Part shown: piece after piece, positions 8,444 to 15,231 of the stretch | How positions within the stretch are numbered: position 1 is the first letter of the stretch | Layout of the letters: every line of letters begins with the position of its first letter | Source of the DNA: Candidatus Eiseniibacteriota bacterium | Lineage (GTDB): Bacteria > Eisenbacteria > RBG-16-71-46 > DASYSL01 | Direction: 5' to 3' | Length of the DNA stretch: 24,012 nucleotides | Assembly: GCA_046598045.1 (NCBI GenBank) | Contig: JBKJJJ010000040.1 | Span: 1 to 24,012, forward strand | Notes under the pieces: generated by a model | Told to the model about the DNA's origin: nothing | The model's input: only the letters and a program-made list of their open reading frames with translations | Databases searched by the model: none | Position numbers and translations under genes: made by a program

Positions 8444-9109
8444 CTAACCGCGAATCAGATCCGCGTACTCGACGTGGCGCTTGATGAACGCCGCGACGAA
8501 CGGACAGAGCGGCACGACGTGGAGCCCGCGGGTCCGCGCGGAGTCGAGCGCGTGGCGCACCAGGATATGGCCGACGCCATGGCCCTCGCGCGCCTCGGGC
8601 ACCTCGGTGTGGGTGAACACGATGGCCCCGTCCTTCATCCGGTAGTCGACGAACGCGGTGCCTTCGGGCAACACGGCCTCGAATCGTTCCGCTGCGGGAT
8701 TGTCCACGACCTGGATTGCCGGATTGGCCACGGCTGGCTCCGCTTGCGGGGGAAGCGCGCGCACCACGTCGCGGTGCGCGAGCACGATGTCGGGATCGCT
8801 CTGCAGGAGCTCGATGTAGCGCGGGCCGGGCGTGACGAACTCTCGCGCTTCGGCCAGCCAGGCGCGAACGACCCCGGCAGTCGGCGCTTCGCCGGTCCTG
8901 CGCTCGGTCGCCTCGGCCTGGTCGATTTCGGACACGAGACGGGACGCCGGCCTCAGCCAGGCCAGCCCCGGATCGCCGAGCGCGGCGCCGAACCAGACCT
9001 GGTTCGAGATCGGGCCCGACAGGCGCTCGCGCTCTGTGCGCTCGGCCTGGAGCAGGAGTCCATGGAGGCGCAGGAGCGCCGGTCTGAGCAGTTCGAGTTC
9101 CTGGATCAT
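8444..9109 (-). CDS. Fusion: unknown helical domain plus YjdJ-like (Acetyltransf_CG) GNAT N-acetyltransferase
   Basis: C-terminal ~90 aa: FTHTEVPEAREGHGVGHILVRHALDSARTRGLHVVPLCPFVAAFIKRH. GAGGGG SD before the ATG. Confidence 0.8.
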   Translation of the reverse strand: MIQELELLRPALLRLHGLLLQAERTERERLSGPISNQVWFGAALGDPGLAWLRPASRLVSEIDQAEATERRTGEAPTAGVVRAWLAEAREFVTPGPRYIELLQSDPDIVLAHRDVVRALPPQAEPAVANPAIQVVDNPAAERFEAVLPEGTAFVDYRMKDGAIVFTHTEVPEAREGHGVGHILVRHALDSARTRGLHVVPLCPFVAAFIKRHVEYADLIRG

Positions 9110-9149
9110 GCCCCCTCTGATGCACGCCGGGCCGCGTCGATTCGGCCGA

Positions 9150-9935
9150 TCAGCGCCCCACGTACCACCCGCCGGCGGCGCAGGCCGTCGCCCCGGGGTC
9201 GCCCACCAGCAGCATGCCCATGGGGTCGCGGTCGATCCGAAAGGCGCGCTGCCTCAGGACGGTCTTGCCGTCGAATACGTCCCGGAACAGGGCGACCACC
9301 GCGATCCGCCCCTGGTGCCACCACGGCGTTTCGGGGAGCCGGAACGAGAACGAGCCCGACGTGCCGGGCCGCAGGTCGCGGCCTTCCCGGTGCCACGCGG
9401 GCCAGCCCGCGGCGTCCTTCGAATCGCGCAGGCGCTGCGGATACCACGAATGCGTGGTGTCCACGTCGGCCCCGTCGGGAAAAAGGACGATCACGAACAG
9501 CTCCTGCGACTTGAGGCCCTTGGCCGTCCAGCGCGCCTCGAAGCGGCCGGTCGAGTCCGGGCGGGCGTCGAGGTCGAGCGCGAACGCGCTCTCGGAACAG
9601 CGCCCCTCGACGTAGGTGTCGGCCGGGCCACTCGCGGGCGGCGGGGAGAACGTCACCGGCACTGTGCGCAGGGACGCCACCGCCTTGCCCTCCTCGAGCA
9701 GTGGGTCGAAGACGAGCGCGGACACGCGCGCCGCCGCCTCGTCGTCGAGCACGGGCTGGGAGCGCGCGATGCTGGTGGCGCGCACGTGGCCGGTCTCGTC
9801 CACCAGGGCCTCGACCACGACCGTGCCCGACACCCGGGCCGCGCGCGCCAACGGGGGCGCCTCGAGCGGGTGGATGGGAGCGATGGCGAGGAGCAGGCCG
9901 AGGGCGATGCGCGGTGGTTTCACGCGCACGAGCAT
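9150..9935 (-). CDS. TonB C-terminal-domain-containing protein
   Basis: ATG at 9935 (or GTG at 9923). Short hydrophobic leader, then PPLARAARVSGTVVVEALVDETGHV...LDDEAAARVSALVFDP...VPVTF, then a ~150-aa unknown domain. Confidence 0.7.
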   Translation of the reverse strand: MLVRVKPPRIALGLLLAIAPIHPLEAPPLARAARVSGTVVVEALVDETGHVRATSIARSQPVLDDEAAARVSALVFDPLLEEGKAVASLRTVPVTFSPPPASGPADTYVEGRCSESAFALDLDARPDSTGRFEARWTAKGLKSQELFVIVLFPDGADVDTTHSWYPQRLRDSKDAAGWPAWHREGRDLRPGTSGSFSFRLPETPWWHQGRIAVVALFRDVFDGKTVLRQRAFRIDRDPMGMLLVGDPGATACAAGGWYVGR

Positions 9936-9962
9936 GCCACGCCGCCGCCCGGCCGCGGGGGG

Positions 9963-9997
9963 AAAAAGCAACGAGGGGGGCCGTGAGGCCCCCCTCG
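9963..9997 (-). terminator. Intrinsic terminator downstream of the OmpA-family gene
   Basis: Perfect 11-bp stem CGAGGGGGGCC (9972-9982) / GGCCCCCCTCG (9987-9997) with a 4-nt loop. On the minus strand it is followed by TTGCTTTTT, 24 nt past the stop. Confidence 0.8.
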
Positions 9998-10021
9998 CCG
10001 TGGGACTCGAAGTCGCCGGAC

Positions 10022-11542
10022 TTACTTGCCCGACTCCTTCATCAACAGCTCCCGACGCTCCTTGATCTTCTTGAGCTCCTCGGGATTCATGACCTTGAAC
10101 TCGACGCGACGGTTGAGGGCCATGCCCTTCTTCGTCTTGTTCGAGCCGACCGGCTGGGACTCGCCGTAGCCGTTGGCGGTGAAGTTGCCCAGGTTCGCAC
10201 CCGAGCAATTCGTCTTGAACCACTCGAGCACCGAATCGGCGCGCTTGTGCGAGAGATCGTGGTTGTAGGCATCGCTGCCGCGCGCATCCGTGTGGCCGCC
10301 GATCTCGATCTGCAGGGTCGGCCACTGCTTGAAGATCGTGCACAGCTCGTTGAGCGTCTTGTCCGACTCCGGCTTGATGTTCCACTTCGCCGTGTCGAAG
10401 TAGATGTCGCGCACCGTGATGACGCCCTTGTCGAGCATCTCAGTCTCACGCTTCGTGACCTCGATCGGGCAGCCGTCCTTGTCGACGCGCGCGCCCTGGG
10501 GCGTGTTCGGACAAAGGTCGAGGCCGTCGCAGACGCCGTCGCCGTCCGTGTCCGTCGGGCAACCCTTCTCGTCCACCCGGCAACCCGCCGGCGTGTTTGC
10601 GCACTGGTCGAGACCGTCGCACACGCCGTCCTTGTCGCCGTCGATCGGGCAACCCTGCGCGTCGACCTTGCAGCCGACCGGAGTGTTCGGGCACTGGTCC
10701 GGACCGTCGAACACGCCGTCCCCGTCGGAATCCTTCGGGCAACCCTTCTCGTCGACCTGGTAACCCTTCGGGGTGTTCGGGCAGGTGTCGACGCCGTCGC
10801 AGACGCCGTCCCCGTCCGTGTCGATCGGGCAGCCCTTGGAGTCAACCACGCAACCCGCCGGAGTGTTCGGGCACTGGTCCTTCTTGTCCGAGACGCCGTC
10901 GCCGTCGGTGTCCACGAACGTGGACGTGCCGCCGAGCGTGAACATAAGGCCGGCCGTGTAAGCGAAGCTGCTCTGGGTCTTGGTGGATGCGCCACTATCC
11001 CTCTGCGCTTTGCTCCACTTGTAGATCATGTCGCGCGCTTCGAGGCGCAGGGCGACGCGGGGCGAGAAGTGGAGCTTGAGGCCAGCGGCGACGTTGAAGC
11101 CCGTGCGCTTGGAAACGTTGGCGACCGAAACCTCGGGCGCGAACTTGACCTGGCTGTAGCCTCCGAGCAGGTACGGGTCCACCGGCGCGTTGGGGACCAG
11201 GTTCAACACCAGGTCCGCGGCGAGATGGGTGAACTTGATGTGCTGCTGCGGGGTAGCAGACGGGTAGGTGTAGGCGTGGTCGCCCGCCCCGACATGGGTC
11301 TCGCTCTTGTTCCGGCCCCAGGTGCCTTCGACGCCGATCACCTTGCCGAAGCCGATGCCGACGCGACCGCCGTAGAGGAACTTGTCCTGGAGGTTGGTTT
11401 CGCCGTCCCAAGCATTGAAACCGGCGTACGGTGTGACATTGAGGTGAAGCCCACCGACCTCGGCGCGAGCCGAAGGCGTCAGCAGGGAACACCCGATCGC
11501 CGCAATTGCCAGCGCAGCGAGACGAGTCCTGAACGAACGCAT
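10022..11542 (-). CDS. OmpA/OprF-family protein: beta-barrel, thrombospondin type-3-like repeats, OmpA C-terminal peptidoglycan-binding domain
   Basis: GAGGAGG SD. Signal peptide ARA|EV. DxDGDGVxD repeats. IYFDTAKWNI, IGGHTDARGSDAYNHDLSHKRA, GYGESQP, NRRVEF. Confidence 0.95.
   Translation of the reverse strand: MRSFRTRLAALAIAAIGCSLLTPSARAEVGGLHLNVTPYAGFNAWDGETNLQDKFLYGGRVGIGFGKVIGVEGTWGRNKSETHVGAGDHAYTYPSATPQQHIKFTHLAADLVLNLVPNAPVDPYLLGGYSQVKFAPEVSVANVSKRTGFNVAAGLKLHFSPRVALRLEARDMIYKWSKAQRDSGASTKTQSSFAYTAGLMFTLGGTSTFVDTDGDGVSDKKDQCPNTPAGCVVDSKGCPIDTDGDGVCDGVDTCPNTPKGYQVDEKGCPKDSDGDGVFDGPDQCPNTPVGCKVDAQGCPIDGDKDGVCDGLDQCANTPAGCRVDEKGCPTDTDGDGVCDGLDLCPNTPQGARVDKDGCPIEVTKRETEMLDKGVITVRDIYFDTAKWNIKPESDKTLNELCTIFKQWPTLQIEIGGHTDARGSDAYNHDLSHKRADSVLEWFKTNCSGANLGNFTANGYGESQPVGSNKTKKGMALNRRVEFKVMNPEELKKIKERRELLMKESGK
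10463..10912 (-). repeat. Five tandem 90-bp (30-aa) TSP3-like Ca-binding repeats
   Basis: Consensus DxDGDGVxDxxDxCPNTPxGxxVDxxGCPx occurs five times with no indels. Confidence 0.9.
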
Positions 11543-11652
11543 GTCATCCTCCTCTTGAGAACCAGGGAAGGGCCTGCTGCCACGCTCAGACCCCCGGCCG
11601 CGGCTTCCATGTGCGGAACCGAGCCACTCATTGAAGCAAGACGTATGTCCGC

Positions 11653-11682
11653 AATATAGTTAACCGAACCTATTCCGGTCAA
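11653..11682 (-). promoter_or_regulatory. Sigma70-type promoter of the OmpA-family gene
   Basis: Minus strand TTGACC (11682-11677), 18-nt spacer, TATATT (11658-11653), in an AT-richer intergenic stretch. Confidence 0.6.
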
Positions 11683-11728
11683 ACGCTTTGGTTTACATCT
11701 TCCCTGCGACCGGATGGCCCCGCTGGGA

Positions 11729-11757
11729 TGGACCAGGCGGGCCCCATTCGGCATACT
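11729..11757 (+). promoter_or_regulatory. Candidate divergent sigma70-type promoter
   Basis: TGGACC (11729-11734), 17-nt spacer, CATACT (11752-11757), upstream of the 11822 gene. Confidence 0.4.
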
Positions 11758-11821
11758 CCAAATGACCGGATCCCCTTGTCTAAGGCGGTCTTTCTGATTG
11801 GAAGTGCCGGAGATCCCTACA

Positions 11822-12751
11822 TTGCCTACTAAGCCGATCCTAATAGTATGCATTGCAGAAATAGTGATGGTCGCGGCCGTCCTGTTCGCCGCGCCGACGG
11901 CGCGAGCCGACGCGCTCGTCCGCATGCGCGAGTCGTCGTGGTCGATCGGGCGCGACCCGGCCGAGGTCGAGACCATGGTCGAGACTTCGGTCAAGGGAGC
12001 GATGCGGCGCGTCGAGAGCCAGGTCATCGCAGCCGCGTCCGACAGCGCCCGCCGGTCGATCACCTCGGTCCAGATCGACCGCATCGATCGCGACAGCAGC
12101 TATTTCTTCCGCCCAGGGGAAGCGCACTACCTGCCCGTGCCGATCGCCACCGCGCGCGCCAGCAATCGCGGCGGCGCCGCCGCTTTCCACGATGCGCAGG
12201 CGAAGGGCTCGGCGCCCCGCGACACGCTGCCGCCGGTGCGCACGCTCGAACTCGGCACGACGCGCACGATCCTCGGCGAGATCTGCCGCGGCGTCGTGCT
12301 CGAGCTGGCATTCAGCTACCGCGACAGCGCACTCAGGACCGAGGACCAGCTCACCGGCGTCCTCGTGGACACGCTTTGGCTCGCCCCGGCCGGGTCCGCG
12401 GCGACGGAACTCCGGCGCTTCGAGCAGGACTTCGCACGCGCCACCTCGGCCGACAGCTTTCTGGCGGCCGCGAACGCGGTCCAGCTCTCGCAGGCGCGGG
12501 GACAGGGCCTGGTCTCGGTCCTGCAACGGGCGATGCGCGAACTGCCCGGTTTCGCGCTCGAATCCTCGTTTTCGAACCTGCTGCACGGCCTTCCCAAGGG
12601 CCTCAACCTGGGCGCGGCCGAGCGCCGCCCGGACGGCGCAGTGGTGATCCAGAAGACGTGGCGGCGGGCGATCGCACTGTCGAACGCGCCGATCGCGGAC
12701 CAGCGTTTCGTGGTGCCGGAGGGGCTCGAGGCGGTCGCTCGACGTCCTTGA
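11822..12751 (+). CDS. Exported hypothetical protein (possibly DUF4412-like)
   Basis: Start uncertain (11798, 11804, 11822 or 11867). TTG at 11822 has GGAG ~9 nt upstream and gives a signal peptide ending PTARA|DA. Contains LGTTRTILGEIC and a C-terminal IADQRFVVPEG, reminiscent of DUF4412-type proteins. Confidence 0.6.
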   Translation: MPTKPILIVCIAEIVMVAAVLFAAPTARADALVRMRESSWSIGRDPAEVETMVETSVKGAMRRVESQVIAAASDSARRSITSVQIDRIDRDSSYFFRPGEAHYLPVPIATARASNRGGAAAFHDAQAKGSAPRDTLPPVRTLELGTTRTILGEICRGVVLELAFSYRDSALRTEDQLTGVLVDTLWLAPAGSAATELRRFEQDFARATSADSFLAAANAVQLSQARGQGLVSVLQRAMRELPGFALESSFSNLLHGLPKGLNLGAAERRPDGAVVIQKTWRRAIALSNAPIADQRFVVPEGLEAVARRP

Positions 12752-12776
12752 CCGGTGCGCCCGCTCCGAGGATAAT
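12748..12776 (+). promoter_or_regulatory. Sigma70-type promoter for HAD-nnr-glnA
   Basis: TTGACC (12748-12753, overlapping the upstream TGA), 17-nt spacer, GATAAT (12771-12776). Confidence 0.65.
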
Positions 12777-12822
12777 CCGGCGTGCACCGTTTCCCCACCC
12801 TCAGCGCCCGGCGCGGCCCTCG

Positions 12823-13599
12823 ATGATTCGCGGCATCATCCTCGATCTCGACAACACGCTGACCGATTTCATGAAGATGAAGGGCGCGGCGATCGATGCG
12901 GCGCTCGACGGCATGCTGGATGCCGGATTGCTGGTTTCGCGCGAGGTCCTGCGCGAGCACATCTGGCGCGTCTACAACGAGCGCGGGATCGAGTACCAGC
13001 AGGTCTTCGACCTCGCGCTCATGGAGGCGGTGGGAACGATCGATCCGCGCGTGCTGGCGGCGGGCATCGTGGCCTACCGCCGCGCGCGCGAGTCCACGCT
13101 CGTCACTTACCCGCACGTGCAATACACGCTGCTCGGTTTGCTCAAGCGCGGGCTCAAGCTCGCGGTCGTGAGCGACGCGCCCCGCAGCCAGGTCTGGCTC
13201 AGGCTCGCGTCGCTCCAGTTGCACAACCTGTTCGACGTCGTGGTGACGTTCGACGACACGAACGCGCGCAAGCCCTCGCCCGAGCCGTTCCGCCTCGCGC
13301 TCTCGCGCCTCGGCGTGAGCGCGGACGAGGCGCTCATGGTCGGCGACTGGGCGGAGCGCGATGTCGTGGGCGCTTCGCAGGTCGGGATCCGGACCGTGTT
13401 CGCGCGCTACGGCGACACGTTCGGCACCGTCGAGTCGGGGGCCGACTTCGAGGTCAACGACCTGATGGAGCTGCTCGACATCGTGGACGGGATCAACGGC
13501 CGGCCACTCGAGGAGCGCAGGCCGATCGCGACCACGCTGCCCGAGGGCCCGCCGGCACCGCGGCCGCCCGGGCTCGCCCCGCAGAAGCGCGGCGGATGA
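12823..13599 (+). CDS. HAD-superfamily subfamily IA hydrolase (phosphatase)
   Basis: Motif I DLDNTL, motif II VVSD, motif III RKPSP, motif IV MVGDWAERD. True start is ATG 12823, inside the track ORF 11848..13599. Confidence 0.9.
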   Translation: MIRGIILDLDNTLTDFMKMKGAAIDAALDGMLDAGLLVSREVLREHIWRVYNERGIEYQQVFDLALMEAVGTIDPRVLAAGIVAYRRARESTLVTYPHVQYTLLGLLKRGLKLAVVSDAPRSQVWLRLASLQLHNLFDVVVTFDDTNARKPSPEPFRLALSRLGVSADEALMVGDWAERDVVGASQVGIRTVFARYGDTFGTVESGADFEVNDLMELLDIVDGINGRPLEERRPIATTLPEGPPAPRPPGLAPQKRGG

Positions 13600-15218
13600 G
13601 CGGGGGCGGACGGATGTTCGTGCTCACCGCCGCCGAGATGCGCAAAGCGGACGCGGCCACGGTGGCGGCGGGCACGCCGGTCGAGACGCTGATGGAGCGC
13701 GCGGGCGCGGGCGCCGTGGCCGCGATCGAGCGCCATTTCGGCACACAGCGCGGTTACCGGGTGCACGTGATCTGCGGCAAGGGCAACAACGGCGGCGACG
13801 GCCTCGTGGTCGCGCGGCTGCTCGCTTTGCGCGGCGCGCACGTCGAGGTCCGGCTGCTCGAGCCCGCGGCGGAGCTGACGGGCGCGGCGCGCGCGAACTT
13901 CGATCGCCTCGCCGCAGCGGGGGTGGCCCCGGTCGCCCGGGCGCCGCTGCGCGAGTCCGACCTCGTGATCGACGCGGTGCTCGGCACCGGCGCGCGCGGC
14001 GCGCTGCCCGCGGCGTATGCCGAGGCGCTGCGCGCGGCGACGGAATCCGGGGCGACGCGCGTGGTCGCGCTCGACCTGCCGACCGGCCTCGACTCCGATC
14101 GCGGCCGGCCGCTGACCGAGGGCGGGTACGTGCAGCGCGCGGACCTCACGGTCACGTTCGCGCACCTGAAGCCGGTGCATGTCCTCTACCCCGGGCGCGT
14201 GCTGTGCGGCGCGATCGAGGTGGTGGACATCGGGGTCGAGCCGCTGCTCGATCCCGCGCCGCTCGAGCTGCTGACCGAGCGCTCCGCGGCCGCGCTCGTG
14301 CCGCGCCGGAAGGTCGACGCGCACAAGGGTGACGCCGGCCGCGTGCTGGTGGTCGGCGGCTCGGCGGGATTGACGGGCGCGATCGTGCTGGCCTCGATGT
14401 CCGCGCTGCGCGTGGGCGCGGGGCTGGTGACCGCGGCGGTGCCCGAGAGCGTCAACGACGCGATCGAGTCCGCGATGATCGAGGCCATGACCTGGCCGCT
14501 GCCCGAGACTCCGGAGCGATCGCTTGCGGGTGGGGCGGCGCCCATGATCGTGGCGCGCGCGCGCGAGGCGCAGGTGGTCGCGCTCGGCCCGGGCCTCTCG
14601 CGCACGGCGGAGTCGGCGGAACTGGCGCGGCGCGTGGTCGCCGAGTCGCCGTCTCCGGTCGTGCTCGATGCCGACGGGCTCGATGCGTTCGCGGGTCGCG
14701 CGGAGCTCCTGCTCGTCGCGCGGCGGCGCGCGCCGCTCGTGCTCACGCCGCATCTCGGCGAGTTGGGCCGGCTGACCGGTCTCACCCCGGCCACGCTCGA
14801 GGAGTCGCGGCTCGACATGGCCCGCCGCTTCGCCGGGGAGTGGGGCGCCGTGCTGGTGATGAAGGGCGTGCCGACGGTCGTCGCGTCACCCACGGGCGAG
14901 GCGACGATCAACCCGACGGGCAACCCGGGCATGGCCACCGCCGGCATGGGCGACGTGCTCACCGGCGTGATCGCCGGGCTGCTCGCCCAGGGCCTCGCCC
15001 CGTACGACGCGGCTCGGCTCGGCGTCTACGTTCACGGTCTCGCGGCCGATCTCGCCCACGCTCGCGTGGGAACTCTTGGCCTGGTGGCCGGCGACGTGAC
15101 CGCCGCGCTGCCCCAGGCGATGCACCGGCTCGCAAGTGCCGGCTCTTTGTCGGAAGTCATCCCGCTGCCCCAGACGCGAATCGCCCCCGCTCCTCCGGAC
15201 GGGATCCGGAGCCTGTAG
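13596..15218 (+). CDS. nnr: Bifunctional NAD(P)H-hydrate epimerase/dehydratase (YjeF)
   Basis: GKGNNGGDG, DAVLGTG, LDLPTG, HKGDAGRVLVVGGS, VLDADGL, TPHLGEL, GNPGMATAGMGDVLTG. ATGA overlap with the HAD gene (alternative ATG at 13614). Confidence 0.95.
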   Translation: MSGGGRMFVLTAAEMRKADAATVAAGTPVETLMERAGAGAVAAIERHFGTQRGYRVHVICGKGNNGGDGLVVARLLALRGAHVEVRLLEPAAELTGAARANFDRLAAAGVAPVARAPLRESDLVIDAVLGTGARGALPAAYAEALRAATESGATRVVALDLPTGLDSDRGRPLTEGGYVQRADLTVTFAHLKPVHVLYPGRVLCGAIEVVDIGVEPLLDPAPLELLTERSAAALVPRRKVDAHKGDAGRVLVVGGSAGLTGAIVLASMSALRVGAGLVTAAVPESVNDAIESAMIEAMTWPLPETPERSLAGGAAPMIVARAREAQVVALGPGLSRTAESAELARRVVAESPSPVVLDADGLDAFAGRAELLLVARRRAPLVLTPHLGELGRLTGLTPATLEESRLDMARRFAGEWGAVLVMKGVPTVVASPTGEATINPTGNPGMATAGMGDVLTGVIAGLLAQGLAPYDAARLGVYVHGLAADLAHARVGTLGLVAGDVTAALPQAMHRLASAGSLSEVIPLPQTRIAPAPPDGIRSL

Positions 15219-15231
15219 AAGGAGAGACCGA

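Noticed and set aside
10463..10912. Regularly spaced DNA repeats as a possible CRISPR array
   Set aside because: The units are in-frame 90-bp coding repeats with synonymous variation. There are no unique spacers and no cas genes.
11560..11630. Possible c-di-GMP-I riboswitch in the OmpA leader (GGGTCTGAG...TGGCAGC on the minus strand)
   Set aside because: Only a loose resemblance to the 3' half. The GGCAAACC start and GNRA-capped P2 stem are missing.
11635..11651. Possible sigma54 promoter (GG...TTGC on the minus strand)
   Set aside because: GG-to-GC spacing is 11 nt instead of the required 10, and there is no TGGCAC.
11762..11797. Short ORF MTGSPCLRRSF ending in a TGA in frame with the downstream gene (readthrough or selenocysteine?)
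   Set aside because: No SD, atypical codons and no evident SECIS hairpin. The downstream gene has its own plausible start and signal peptide.
10900..11870. Lower-GC stretch as a possible horizontally acquired island
   Set aside because: Explained by promoter DNA and the amino-acid composition of OmpA. There are no mobility genes, att-like repeats or tRNA.
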